Source of the DNA: a virus
Taxonomy: Duplodnaviria; Caudoviricetes
DNA length: 64,000 nt
Strand: one strand, 5' to 3'
Virus record (IMG/VR): IMGVR_UViG_2728369482_000003
Span: 56,528-120,527 of that record
Every line of letters starts with the position of its first letter. Position 1 is the stretch's first letter. Of the stretch, positions 26,573 to 37,099 are shown one piece after another. The position numbers and the translations under genes were made by a program. The notes below the pieces were generated by a model, which saw only the letters and a program-made list of their open reading frames with translations, was not told the origin of the DNA and ran no database searches.

Positions 26573-29500
26573 TGGCCTGTACCCTTCCCTACATCCAGAA
26601 ACTCTCCGTTCCGTCTTCCGAGAAAACTCGGCTGGAAGACCTACACTTTCAGATCGGTCAGCAGCTGCGGGCCCATCAGTCGGCCGACGGCTCTACGTTT
26701 ATCCTGAAAGGTGGCTATCTCCGGCTCAACTCCCCGGGTTCTGCCGCCCGGACTGAGCAGGAAGCTTTGCTGGACTCGATCAACAGCCAGTACCCCGAAC
26801 CTGTGGTGCGAATCGAGACCATTCAGGAAGCCTACGATCCGGGAGACGGTGAACTGACCTACCGACCCATTTCGGTTGTGGGCGTTGACGTTCGGCCCCT
26901 GCTGAACCCCAGCTACCGGGACCAGATTGGAGAACTGACCAGCCCCGAAGAATCGACCCTGACGGGGATCGGTGGGAATCCAGCGGAGACTGTAGTTCAG
27001 GCTGATCTGGCCCGGGGTCTCAAGGATTTTGTACTGGATCCCATCCAGGATCCCGACGGGTCGGGCGATCTCCGGTTTGTGACCGAAGCCCACCACGAGC
27101 TGTTTCAAAAGACGGCCGAGCAGGTGACCAAAAAGCTCCGGAATTACCTGGATCTGCTGGAAGGAGGATCGGTCGAACGGCCTGGCCAGCAGGTGACTAT
27201 CCAGCAACTTCGGGAGCAGCTACAAGCCTTGGAGAATCCGGATAGTCTGGCCCAGATCGAAGCCGTCTCCGATTTTATCGTCCAGGCTTCGGGTTGGCTG
27301 GACGGGCTTTACAACACGTTTTTTCTCGACGAAGACTCGGTCCGCTCCACCCAGCGGGAGCTGCAGACGGGTATCAACCGAAAGACCGGACAACTACTCA
27401 CGCCAGCCGAACGGGATACCAGAATCAACTGGGTTGCCCGGCAACTAGCCAAGCAGAAACACTACCTGTACCTGTTCGACGAGCTGGGCCGCTTCAAACA
27501 GCAGCTTCAGGAGCTCGGCTACGTCTCTGCTACCCAGCCCGTTTACGACCGGGGTGAACGTTTACAATCTGAAACCCGGGATATTCTGGGCCAACTCGGC
27601 GTGAGTCCGGGTAATACCGAATCGGTACTGGACGTCTTACGTTCCGAACAGTTTACCGAAGGAGCTCTACGGGCCGAGCTGTTCCGGGTACTGTCCGTTA
27701 CCCATTCTGACCAGCCGGGGCTTACTATCCACCGGACCGTAGAAGACTACCTGGAGCAGGTGTTGAAAAGCTATCCGGGCAAGACCGTGGAATCGGTTCT
27801 GGACGAAGCCCTGTCTAAAGCCGTTCGACTCAAGCAAAGCCTGGTCGAGCACCACTACGAACTGGTGACCAGCTGGCTCTGGCCACATATCCAGGCCAAG
27901 CAGCAACGCTACACCGGCCCGGACAAGCTCGACCGGGATCAGCTGAAGAGTTTGCTAAAGACGGCAAAAGAGGACGAAGGTATCTTTCAGTATGGGCTGG
28001 ATGCTCCCATTCAGTCATCCGATCCCGTGACGGCTATTGTCGCCAGTCTGACCTCGGATGCCCTGTACCGCTCGGCCGAGGAAAGCCGGCTGAATTTGAG
28101 TAGGCTTCTTTCGGTTCGGGAACCACTGGGGCTGGAAAAAACCATGTCGCCGGCCCAGATCGAAGCCTACCACCGGGCGATGACCCATGATACCATCCTG
28201 CCCCTGGAAGGCCCTGACTCTGGGGAAGCCGGTGAAGACTGGGATGGACCGGTACTGACCGTTTCCGTCTTCGGACAAACCAAACGAATCAAAGGGTATA
28301 CCAAACGGGCCTTTCTGACCGAGTACAACACGGCCCTGCAACAGGCCCACCAGAAAGAATTCTTCGGTCAGCTACCGGGTAAACTCGATGAGCTGATGAG
28401 TCTGGTTACGGTTCAGGACGGTTACCTGGATGTATCGGACCTGAAGGCCCTGCTTCAGACCAGCTCCCAAGACGAATACCTGGGTCCGCTGCTAAGTAAG
28501 CTCTTCAGCTACGACCGATCGATGGGTAGCTGGCAACTCCGGACCAATCCGACGGGACCAACGGATCAGAACTACGTCCGGGGTAAACTCCGTTCGGGTC
28601 TGATCCAAACGTTTTTCAGTCTGCACCAGCAGCCCCTGGATCAGATGAGTAAAGCCAGCCTGTTTACCCGGTGGAACCTGCTGGATCAAACGGGCAAGCC
28701 TAACCGGGATGAACAAACCAGTATCAACTCGGACCTGCAACAGAACAGTCAGGAGTACCGGCTGACGGATCCCGAACTACAGGGTAAGCTAACGGGCAAA
28801 AAGAATGAATCCTGGCTGAATAACTTTGTCGGCTACCGGGTATCGGATACCGAACACTACCTGTACGTACGGAAGCTGGTAATCAACAAAACGACCGGTA
28901 AACCTGAATCCCGCTGGAGCTGGGTGAATATCTATCAGCCCGGTTCACTTACGAACGTTACCCGGCTCTACTACGCCAAAGGGGAACTGATCCGGCCGGC
29001 CGATCGGTACCGCACCGACCGGGGCAGCTTTGGTATCCAGGTCCAGCAGCAATGGGCTGACCTGCAAACCGGTGATTCAGTCCGGAAGACTTACTTCGAC
29101 GGACTCTGGGATGGTTACGAGCGAGCCAATCGGCAGCTGGGTACTCCTGCTTTAGCTCACGGGGTACTACCCCAGGTCGAACGGCTTCAGTCCTTAACCG
29201 AAGGACCCAAGGGTCACTGGGAACGGCTCTGGGACTGGATCAAACAGCACACCCTACTCAGCTGGGTACGCGACAGCTACCACTGGCTGACGGGGGAAGC
29301 GACGGAAGATCAGCAGGTAGGCCGAAAACCAATTTACCTGGATAATTCACCGGTTCACCAGATCCGGGCTCGCTATACCAGCTTTATTCCGGATGGACAG
29401 CTGGAAGGCGATCTGTTTCGATCGGTCCTTATGTACCAGTCGATGGCCAGTAGTTACCGGGAGCTGACTCGACTCGATCCCCAGGTTCAGGCCCTAAGAA

Positions 29501-31110
29501 CCCTGATTACCGGAGATACCAGCCTGTCTCTGGATCCCCGGGAAGCCCTGGATAAACCGGTCTGGGAGAAAAAAGCCGGGGAACTCCTGGAACGCCAGCA
29601 GAGTAAGGTAGCCAGCCGGCTGAACAAAAAGCTGACCAGCTTTCTGGATGACGTCGTCTACGGGGAATCCGATTACGGCCAGGTATATACCCTATTCAAC
29701 AAACCCGTCGATCCCCAGGTACTGGCCAAAAAGATGTCGGGTTTTACCGCCTTTTCCAACCTGGCCTGGAACGTTTCCTCGATGATGGGAAACATCGGGG
29801 TCGGCTTTTTATCGAACTACTCCGAAGCGGTCAAAGGGAAATACTACCGACCCGAAGATTGGCTGTCGGCGGGGAAAGACTACTGGCTAAGCATGGGTCA
29901 GGGGGAGTTCATCCGGGACCTCTCGGAGATCAATCCCGAGAAACGAAGCAAGTGGACCCAGGTAGCTTCCCAGCTCGACGCCATTCAGGGAGAAATTCTG
30001 GATGAATCGGGCAGCTACAGCCGGGTTCAGACGGTTGACAAACTAATGAACCGGGCTCTGTTCTGGACCCAGTCGGGAGCCGAGCACATGATTCAGATGA
30101 AATCGATGATTGCCCAGATCCGGGGTTTTAAACTAGAATCCGGTAAGACCTTCTACGAAGCCATCGAGCAACTACCGAATGGTAAAGTAGAAATCCGGGC
30201 CAGTCCCCAGGAAATCCGCAAGTTCCAGCAGCAGCTTCACTCGGTCAACAAGCAGCTTCATGGCCACTACAGCCAGTTTGACAAATCAATGCTCCAGCGG
30301 CATTGGCTGGGTCAGATGCTGATGATGTTCAAAAAGTACATCTACTCCTCCATTCGTTACCGGTTCGGGGACAGCCGTTTCGACTGGGAAGCCGGGGATG
30401 AAACCGAGGGACACCTGCGGGCTTACTGGAAACAGATCGTCTCGGAACTGGGGGATCAAAAAGGAGCGTTTCGGAAAGCGGCCGTTCTGGGTAACGGGAT
30501 GCTGCTCCGGCCCAGTCTGTCCGCCGTCGATCAACTGGTCGGGGGACAACTGGGTAAGCTGAGTCCGGGCCTGGGTAACTACCTGTACGGAGATGAGAGC
30601 CAGCTCCGGAATAGTGCGGCCCGGCAAACAGGATTCGACGTGTTGTGGTATTCCCTGATGATTCTGATGGCGGGCTTTATCCACGGGCTGGATGAGGACG
30701 ATGATCCCAACGGAGTAGCCCTGCAGAACATGGAAGCCTTTGCCCGGCGGATGGAAGGGGACCTGGGAATGTACCTGCCGTTTTACCTGGGTACCGGGGG
30801 TAAAACCCTGTTCTCGTCTTACGACAAAGCCTGGCAGCTGGTCAAGTCTCCACTGGCTCAACTGCGGGCCTACGATGGTACGGTCAACCTGCTTTCCCAG
30901 CTGACGGGCGTGGAACATACCGAGGATGGCTGGGACATGAGCTGGAACGATACCTACAGCCGGGATGGAGCAGGTTATGAGAAGGGAGAAAGCAAGCTGT
31001 ACCACAAAGTGGAAAAAAGTTTGCTGGGTCCCCTGGCTCAGCTGAACCGGTTGATGAACCCCGAAGCCCAGCTGCAGTACCTGAACCTGAGTCGGCGGAA
31101 CAGCCAGTAA
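26572..31110 (+). CDS. giant virion ejected protein, 1512 aa
   Basis: TGATG-coupled to the RNAP gene. MAC start with a single Cys. Helical, with a C-terminal hydrophobic segment (VLWYSLMILMAGFI) like crAss-like cargo proteins. Confidence 0.65.
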   Translation: MACTLPYIQKLSVPSSEKTRLEDLHFQIGQQLRAHQSADGSTFILKGGYLRLNSPGSAARTEQEALLDSINSQYPEPVVRIETIQEAYDPGDGELTYRPISVVGVDVRPLLNPSYRDQIGELTSPEESTLTGIGGNPAETVVQADLARGLKDFVLDPIQDPDGSGDLRFVTEAHHELFQKTAEQVTKKLRNYLDLLEGGSVERPGQQVTIQQLREQLQALENPDSLAQIEAVSDFIVQASGWLDGLYNTFFLDEDSVRSTQRELQTGINRKTGQLLTPAERDTRINWVARQLAKQKHYLYLFDELGRFKQQLQELGYVSATQPVYDRGERLQSETRDILGQLGVSPGNTESVLDVLRSEQFTEGALRAELFRVLSVTHSDQPGLTIHRTVEDYLEQVLKSYPGKTVESVLDEALSKAVRLKQSLVEHHYELVTSWLWPHIQAKQQRYTGPDKLDRDQLKSLLKTAKEDEGIFQYGLDAPIQSSDPVTAIVASLTSDALYRSAEESRLNLSRLLSVREPLGLEKTMSPAQIEAYHRAMTHDTILPLEGPDSGEAGEDWDGPVLTVSVFGQTKRIKGYTKRAFLTEYNTALQQAHQKEFFGQLPGKLDELMSLVTVQDGYLDVSDLKALLQTSSQDEYLGPLLSKLFSYDRSMGSWQLRTNPTGPTDQNYVRGKLRSGLIQTFFSLHQQPLDQMSKASLFTRWNLLDQTGKPNRDEQTSINSDLQQNSQEYRLTDPELQGKLTGKKNESWLNNFVGYRVSDTEHYLYVRKLVINKTTGKPESRWSWVNIYQPGSLTNVTRLYYAKGELIRPADRYRTDRGSFGIQVQQQWADLQTGDSVRKTYFDGLWDGYERANRQLGTPALAHGVLPQVERLQSLTEGPKGHWERLWDWIKQHTLLSWVRDSYHWLTGEATEDQQVGRKPIYLDNSPVHQIRARYTSFIPDGQLEGDLFRSVLMYQSMASSYRELTRLDPQVQALRTLITGDTSLSLDPREALDKPVWEKKAGELLERQQSKVASRLNKKLTSFLDDVVYGESDYGQVYTLFNKPVDPQVLAKKMSGFTAFSNLAWNVSSMMGNIGVGFLSNYSEAVKGKYYRPEDWLSAGKDYWLSMGQGEFIRDLSEINPEKRSKWTQVASQLDAIQGEILDESGSYSRVQTVDKLMNRALFWTQSGAEHMIQMKSMIAQIRGFKLESGKTFYEAIEQLPNGKVEIRASPQEIRKFQQQLHSVNKQLHGHYSQFDKSMLQRHWLGQMLMMFKKYIYSSIRYRFGDSRFDWEAGDETEGHLRAYWKQIVSELGDQKGAFRKAAVLGNGMLLRPSLSAVDQLVGGQLGKLSPGLGNYLYGDESQLRNSAARQTGFDVLWYSLMILMAGFIHGLDEDDDPNGVALQNMEAFARRMEGDLGMYLPFYLGTGGKTLFSSYDKAWQLVKSPLAQLRAYDGTVNLLSQLTGVEHTEDGWDMSWNDTYSRDGAGYEKGESKLYHKVEKSLLGPLAQLNRLMNPEAQLQYLNLSRRNSQ

Positions 31111-31146
31111 AAAAGCCCCCGACCTGGTAACAGCATCGGGGGCTTG
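31109..31146. terminator. terminator between convergent genes
   Basis: aaaa-gcccccga...tcgggggc-tt. Confidence 0.7.
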
Positions 31147-31153
31147 TTATTCA

Positions 31154-31591
31154 TTAATCTACATCCCAGTCGGCTTCGTTGTACTCATATTTTCGCCAGT
31201 ACATAGGTAAATTCAGTTCAGCAGCCATTTGGCCACGATCTTCGTCTGATAGGAACACACCACAGTCCGGAACAAAGTCAACCAAAATTACCATTTGTTT
31301 AACCTTACCATCCCAATAACCAAGTCGGAAATCACCTGATTTCATCTTCTGTGGTTTTAACTCGTTAGTTTGTCCAGGTTCCTGAGCTTTGGGTTGATAC
31401 ATACCTTCGAAAAAATACATCCATTTACGGGTCGGGTAAAACTGAAGAGTAGATTCCTCACTTCGACTAAGGTAGTCCAACCGTTTTATAGTATATCCCT
31501 TGTATTCGTATTCCTGATAGTCACAGACCTTTATTACTCGGTCTATGGTATCCACGAATTCGGTTAATACGGGTTGCCTCAGCTTTTTCAT
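31154..31591 (-). CDS. hypothetical protein
   Basis: 145 aa ORF in a tightly packed minus-strand cluster. Confidence 0.6.
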   Translation of the reverse strand: MKKLRQPVLTEFVDTIDRVIKVCDYQEYEYKGYTIKRLDYLSRSEESTLQFYPTRKWMYFFEGMYQPKAQEPGQTNELKPQKMKSGDFRLGYWDGKVKQMVILVDFVPDCGVFLSDEDRGQMAAELNLPMYWRKYEYNEADWDVD

Positions 31592-31599
31592 TAACCTAA

Positions 31600-31869
31600 T
31601 TATTTTTTAGCTAATACCAACATGGGATCATCAAACAAATAAGAACCGGTAATTTGACCGTTTCTATACTGCTCGACAGCAACAACATCTCCCTGCTTAA
31701 AACCGGTTACGTTACCCATGATTTTGGCAGATACTTCCAAAGCACCAGCTTCGGTACCGTCAAGTGGGCCAGCCCAGCCTTTGAGCATAATACAACCAAT
31801 CCCATTTTTTACACAGTCAGGTTTGGTACTCTTAGCAGCTTTAACGAAGATGGTTTGTAGTACAGCCAT
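31600..31869 (-). CDS. hypothetical protein
   Basis: 89 aa ORF, tightly packed. Confidence 0.55.
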   Translation of the reverse strand: MAVLQTIFVKAAKSTKPDCVKNGIGCIMLKGWAGPLDGTEAGALEVSAKIMGNVTGFKQGDVVAVEQYRNGQITGSYLFDDPMLVLAKK

Positions 31870-31881
31870 TTTTTGAATTAG

Positions 31882-32304
31882 TTAATAGTGAAAACGATAT
31901 TGATCAATTAATGCTTTATTACTACCCCATCCAGCCGGACCTGGTTTTTCCATTAGTTTACTGGATAGTAAATGAGCCTGTTGGTAGCGGATAACAAACG
32001 AGGTTAATCCGAATTGACCGTTACCTTGCAAGGGTTCCAACCGGGTTGAGAACTGACTGGCTAATTCGTTGAACCGACTGGTAAAACAAGCCAGATCATC
32101 CAGGTCCGTATCGTTGGTAATGTTGTAGGGAACCAGGATTCGAATTTTATCCTGGGCGTCCGGTTCTCCCCGACGAACTTTTTGAGGGCCTTCGGGTACA
32201 GCCATTCCTTCCCCGATATGATCACCGGTACTAATGTAGTGGTTGATAGCCAGGAATAACCGGTTGATGGGAGTATTCTCTAACGGTTCAATGGGTGTAG
32301 CCAT
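31882..32304 (-). CDS. hypothetical protein
   Basis: 140 aa ORF, tightly packed. Confidence 0.6.
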   Translation of the reverse strand: MATPIEPLENTPINRLFLAINHYISTGDHIGEGMAVPEGPQKVRRGEPDAQDKIRILVPYNITNDTDLDDLACFTSRFNELASQFSTRLEPLQGNGQFGLTSFVIRYQQAHLLSSKLMEKPGPAGWGSNKALIDQYRFHY

Positions 32305-32317
32305 TGGGAGATTAGTG

Positions 32318-32722
32318 TTAGTATTGGTTACCTACCCAGATTTCAGTTTTAGCTAGCTTAACCAGATCGACGGGTTGGGTATAATACGCAAATTCGTTAA
32401 ACCGAAGCACAAATTCAGGTTTGGGCAACCGGGCATCATACGGTTCATCCCCTTCCCCGTGAATCCAATCCAGATAATCCGAAATGGATTCAACGTGTCC
32501 ATCGGCAAAAACAAGTCCTTCTCCGTAGTTGCTGGCTACGGTTTGATGGGAACAGGGTATCAAATTAGACCGGTGATCCGAGTCGTTCCAGATTTTTTCT
32601 TGGTTATCTAGTAAAGCCTGCTCACTGGTGAATACCCGTAATGAACGTACCGGATACCCATCCCGGGTGGAAAACGCATTATCGGTCGCTAATCCCTGGG
32701 TGGCAAAAAACAGAGTCTTCAT
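32318..32722 (-). CDS. hypothetical protein
   Basis: 134 aa ORF, first of the cluster. Confidence 0.6.
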   Translation of the reverse strand: MKTLFFATQGLATDNAFSTRDGYPVRSLRVFTSEQALLDNQEKIWNDSDHRSNLIPCSHQTVASNYGEGLVFADGHVESISDYLDWIHGEGDEPYDARLPKPEFVLRFNEFAYYTQPVDLVKLAKTEIWVGNQY

Positions 32723-32923
32723 TATGTCAGTTGTTTGTGTGGTTACTAGTTACTAACTCACTCCGCCAGAAGTTGACGGTAAGATCGGATAAATCGGGGA
32801 ATTCTCCGAAAGATTGTGTAATTGGTTAATCGACTACGGGGCTATAGTACTGCCCTAAACGGGTCAGGGTCTGAGGGGCCGGGATAGAGCGGATGTATCT
32901 TGCTTTATCTCGGCCTTCCCTGT

Positions 32924-33619
32924 ATGTACCTCCACGATACTCCCTGTCCGGGTGATCCCTGCTGCGGGGGGAAATCACCGGTTTTAATCGATACCACCCC
33001 GGTCTGGAAAACCGAAACCATCTGTGCGTCCTGTCAGTCGATGAGCCGGGTAGCTTCCTATGATCGGCTGACGGGGGCTCCTACGGGACTGGCTTACTAC
33101 TACAACTTGGCGGGTGGTCAATTATCGGCTCCCCTGATCTGGACGCCCGGCCCCTGCCAGCATCCTACCCTGAGTCGTTCCTACAAAGGATTGACCAGTA
33201 CTCCTTCCGTAACGGCCGGGGATATCCTGCGACAGATTCAGGTTCTGTGTCAGCAAACGGGTCAGGTACTCAGCGAGAGCTGGTACAACGACACCCGGTT
33301 GGGTGTTCAGATCAGTAAACCGCCGGGTTCTACCGTTCAGTATATCGTACCCGACTGCTCGGGAGCCGCTCCGATTGTCATTACGGACGGAAGCCTGCAA
33401 GTCGATTACCTGGCCGGAACCATTGACGGAATCACGGGGAACAACCAGTCCTTTAGTACTAGTAAGGCATTCAAAGCAGATAGTCTTAAAGTCTACCTGA
33501 ACGGTCAGCGGCTGTTTCCGGGTATCGACTTTTCGGAAGTGGGAACTACCGGCTTTCAGCTTATCGACGCTCCCGAACTAAACTCCGAACTGATTGCCGA
33601 GTACACCCTGCTGGTTTAA
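32924..33619 (+). CDS. Cys-rich structural/tail-associated protein
   Basis: Start placed at MYLHD. The C-terminal G..N..F...V.LNG...D.....AP....L.A.Y domain is shared with the next gene. Near-consensus TATCTTG box at 32896. Confidence 0.55.
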   Translation: MYLHDTPCPGDPCCGGKSPVLIDTTPVWKTETICASCQSMSRVASYDRLTGAPTGLAYYYNLAGGQLSAPLIWTPGPCQHPTLSRSYKGLTSTPSVTAGDILRQIQVLCQQTGQVLSESWYNDTRLGVQISKPPGSTVQYIVPDCSGAAPIVITDGSLQVDYLAGTIDGITGNNQSFSTSKAFKADSLKVYLNGQRLFPGIDFSEVGTTGFQLIDAPELNSELIAEYTLLV

Positions 33620-33651
33620 CCAGCCTATCTTATTTAGCCTACCGTTTTTTC

Positions 33652-34842
33652 ATGCCCCGTACCTCGATTTCCCGGGCTCAACTGGGTCCACTTTTAATCA
33701 ACGATTCCGATATTCTGGTCGGAGCTGGTATCCAAACGGCTAAACTGGCCGAGGGACTGAGTTTTCTCAAACGGGACGGTTCGGTTGCCCTGACGGGGAA
33801 CCTGTCAGCCGGGGGGTTTACGATCACCGGTCTGGCGGATCCGACGGCCGCCCAGCAGCCCGCCACTAAAAACTACGTGGACCTGGCCCTGCAGGTGGGT
33901 ACCAACAAGGGAACCGCCCGACTGGCAGCTACCGGTAACGTATCGATCAGCAATCCGGCAACCAGCAGCTTCGACGGAGTTACGGCCAATCCGGGGGATG
34001 TACTCCTGCTGGCTTTTCAGACCGACGCAACCCAGAACGGACTCTACGTCTTCAACGGGTCGGGAGCCCCGCTAACCCGGGCTACCAACGAGGATACCTC
34101 GGCTAAAATGCAGCCGGGAGCTTTCGTCTTTATCTCGGAAGGTACCCAGTACGACAATACCGGCTGGAGTCTGGTGACCAACGGACCGATTACGCTCGGT
34201 ACGACCAGTCTGACCTTTACACAAACGTCAGGAGCCGGCCAGATTCAGGCGGGTAACGGACTGAGTAAATCGGGTAATACGCTCTCGGTCCTGACGGCCA
34301 GCTCAGCCCGGATCACGACGACCGCATCGGGAATCGATCTGGCGACTACGGCCGTCAGTCCGGGAACGTATACCAACACCAGTCTGACGGTTGATACCTA
34401 TGGCCGGCTGATGGCAGCCAGTTCGGGAACTCCTCCGGTAACCAGTGTTACCGGTACCAGTGGCCGGATCAGCTCGACGGGTGGTACGACTCCGGTACTG
34501 GATCTGGTTCAAACCGGGACGGCCGGTACCTATACCAAAGTTACCACGGATTCCTATGGTCGGGTTAGTTCCGGAGGTTTACTGACCACCGCTGACCTGC
34601 CTACAGGTACCCTGCTACTGGCTAACTACGTCGTCCGGCAAACCCTGACAGGAACTACGAACGGATCCAACACGGCCTTTGCCCTGGGGTCGGTTCCCCA
34701 GACGGGTACGGAGATGATTTTTCTCAACGGCCAGCTCATGGCCCAGGGCAGTTCCCTGGACTACACCATCTCCGGGGCCAACGTTACCTTCACCTTCGCT
34801 CCGCTGGCTGGTGACAGTCTGGTGGCTACCTACTTCAAGTAA
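33652..34842 (+). CDS. Gly/Thr-rich tail fibre/decoration protein
   Basis: ATKNYVD motif, QTDATQNGLYV...LTRA domain, repeated GTYT(K/N)...D.YGR units and a C-terminal LNG domain. Confidence 0.7.
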   Translation: MPRTSISRAQLGPLLINDSDILVGAGIQTAKLAEGLSFLKRDGSVALTGNLSAGGFTITGLADPTAAQQPATKNYVDLALQVGTNKGTARLAATGNVSISNPATSSFDGVTANPGDVLLLAFQTDATQNGLYVFNGSGAPLTRATNEDTSAKMQPGAFVFISEGTQYDNTGWSLVTNGPITLGTTSLTFTQTSGAGQIQAGNGLSKSGNTLSVLTASSARITTTASGIDLATTAVSPGTYTNTSLTVDTYGRLMAASSGTPPVTSVTGTSGRISSTGGTTPVLDLVQTGTAGTYTKVTTDSYGRVSSGGLLTTADLPTGTLLLANYVVRQTLTGTTNGSNTAFALGSVPQTGTEMIFLNGQLMAQGSSLDYTISGANVTFTFAPLAGDSLVATYFK

Positions 34843-34856
34843 TTCCTGCCTTTTTC

Positions 34857-37097
34857 ATGGCTAAAACCCAGTTTACCGGAACCCAGCTCGGGCCCGGAAC
34901 CATTACCCGTACGCACCTGAACGTTACCCAGCCCGGATCGGCCCTACTAACCCGGCTGACAAGTAGTGCTGGGCTGAGCCAAACCTCAACGGGGATTGAT
35001 TCAGGAACAGGAGACGTCAGTCTGGTACTTATCCAGCCGACGTTTGCTACCGTTACCGAGCTGACGGCCTACACCGGAACCCAGACCCAGCTGTTACTGG
35101 CTGATGGCCGGAGTTACACCTACAATAGCAGCAGTAGCCTGACAACCGATAATTACTACGTAGTTGCCGCTACGGGAAAAGGGTCGGGGCGGTACCTGTT
35201 AAACAATACCGGAGCTAATACAGCAACCCTGACGGTAGCCACTTGCCGGGCCATGACGGCTCCGGCCGGACTGGCTCCGTCGGTAATCAGCCTGGGAGAT
35301 TCGATCATCGGGGGTTTATTCCGGTATGATTCAGCGGATACCAGCACGGCCGATGACGGAGCCATGACCCTGGTTACCAGTACGGGGCTCCGTTATAAAC
35401 GAATCGTCGACGGCTTTGTCAACGTCCGCTGGTTCAATGCCAAAGGAGACGGAACGACCGATGATGCTCCGGCCATCAACGCGGCCATCAACTACGCAGT
35501 AGCCCAGATTGGTGTTTACAAACTAAAGACGGTGTTTATCCCGGAAGGGAATTACCTCTGTAACAGTTCGATCAACTGTTCCAACCGGAGTGGTCTGACG
35601 CTGACGGGGGCAACGGGTCGGACCCAGAACACGGTATTGATTGGTAACTCCGGTACCATTGCGGTTGATTTCTCCGGTTCATCGGAATCTACCCTGGCTA
35701 ATTTGAGTCTTTCCATTTACAACGGGCTGAGCAATCCGGCCCTGGTCGGTCTTCAGTTTGCCCTCTCCAAGGACTCAACCAGTCAGGCGACGGCCGGTAA
35801 TCAGAAAGGAGGGTTGAACTGTTCGGTTAGTAACGTTTCTATTAAAGGCGGCGACTTCGTCAGTATCAACGGAGGTCTTGGGTTCATTGGTCTGATCAAC
35901 TGCCGTTCGGAAGAGTTCTGTCTGCACAACGTTACGATTCAGGCCAACACTCCGGTTCTGTTTACGACGACCAACACGATTCAGGCTACTACCGGCTATA
36001 ACTACACCATCACCTCTCCCAACGCGGGTACGTATATCCAGGACAACAACTCCGGATCGATGGGAGTCGTCAACTGGAGCGGTCAGAACAGTCTTTATAG
36101 CTGGGAATACCAGACGCCGACGCAGTTACTGAACGGGGTCAACAGCTACAATTTTCACGGCTACATGACCCGGCTAAACAATACTCAGAACGGCACCTAC
36201 CAGGCAGCTGTCCGGGTTTGTCAGCCGACCTACGGCTTAAAGCTTCAAGGTACCGTGGAAGGCTCGAGTACCCTGCTGGCTATTCAGAACACACTGGTCA
36301 ATCCGGACATCAACCTGGTATCGGCCAACGTGACATCCACCAGTTCACCCTTATTAACCATCGATAACTATGGGGGTATTCAGGGGGGCCGGATTGGAAT
36401 CAGTTTCGGTAACCCCGGAACCGAGTTGGGTACAGGTCGCTGGCTGATGACGACCCCGGTTATTAATTCGGGTAATTCACCGACCAATGCGTTCCTTTCC
36501 AACGTCACGTTCGACGTTCCCCAGTGGACGGACATGGGTAAGGTAGTCATGGGAAACCTGTTGAAAAACACCCAGAACACCCGATTTAACGTGGCTACTC
36601 CGATTGAAAAAATGGGGCCGGCCATTCGTTCAACCTATAACGTAAAAAAAGGACTCGGGGTAACGCCCGGGGGTAACGGTACGGTAACCGGCGTTATTGC
36701 TCAGTTTACCAGCGCAGCCAAGACCGATACTACGACAGGAAACGGCGGTTACTACTCATTTTACGTCAACGGAACGGTTAGCCTCGGTGACTACAACACC
36801 AATAACGGGATCGCCATGTACCGGGTTGAAGGGTATCTGTCGGTAGCCCAGAACGTAAATGGGGCCATGGTACCGGTCAGTTCAGAAATCAGTGTTCATA
36901 CGGCTAGCAGTTTAAACGGTAACTACCTGCAGATTGCCAGTGTGAGTATCTCCCTGGACATGAGTGCGACTCCCTACCCGGTATTGAAAATGAGTGTAAA
37001 TACCTCGGGCAGCGGAACCGGGGAAGCTGTCAATTTTTACGGACGCGTCGAAATTATGAATGATCACCTGGTTAACCAGGCTCTTCTGTTAAGTTAG
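34857..37097 (+). CDS. tailspike with pectate-lyase-like right-handed beta-helix (putative depolymerase)
   Basis: VNVRWFNAKGDGTTDDAPAINAAI...VFIPEGNY motif followed by Asn/Gly/Ser-rich beta-helix sequence. Confidence 0.8.
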   Translation: MAKTQFTGTQLGPGTITRTHLNVTQPGSALLTRLTSSAGLSQTSTGIDSGTGDVSLVLIQPTFATVTELTAYTGTQTQLLLADGRSYTYNSSSSLTTDNYYVVAATGKGSGRYLLNNTGANTATLTVATCRAMTAPAGLAPSVISLGDSIIGGLFRYDSADTSTADDGAMTLVTSTGLRYKRIVDGFVNVRWFNAKGDGTTDDAPAINAAINYAVAQIGVYKLKTVFIPEGNYLCNSSINCSNRSGLTLTGATGRTQNTVLIGNSGTIAVDFSGSSESTLANLSLSIYNGLSNPALVGLQFALSKDSTSQATAGNQKGGLNCSVSNVSIKGGDFVSINGGLGFIGLINCRSEEFCLHNVTIQANTPVLFTTTNTIQATTGYNYTITSPNAGTYIQDNNSGSMGVVNWSGQNSLYSWEYQTPTQLLNGVNSYNFHGYMTRLNNTQNGTYQAAVRVCQPTYGLKLQGTVEGSSTLLAIQNTLVNPDINLVSANVTSTSSPLLTIDNYGGIQGGRIGISFGNPGTELGTGRWLMTTPVINSGNSPTNAFLSNVTFDVPQWTDMGKVVMGNLLKNTQNTRFNVATPIEKMGPAIRSTYNVKKGLGVTPGGNGTVTGVIAQFTSAAKTDTTTGNGGYYSFYVNGTVSLGDYNTNNGIAMYRVEGYLSVAQNVNGAMVPVSSEISVHTASSLNGNYLQIASVSISLDMSATPYPVLKMSVNTSGSGTGEAVNFYGRVEIMNDHLVNQALLLS

Positions 37098-37099
37098 GT

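Noticed and set aside
8008-31005. Long antisense ORFs (e.g. 8008-8979, 20351-21199, 26641-27207, 30286-31005; also 60678-61301)
   Set aside because: They lie wholly opposite well-supported genes and have no motifs. They are shadow frames from codon bias.
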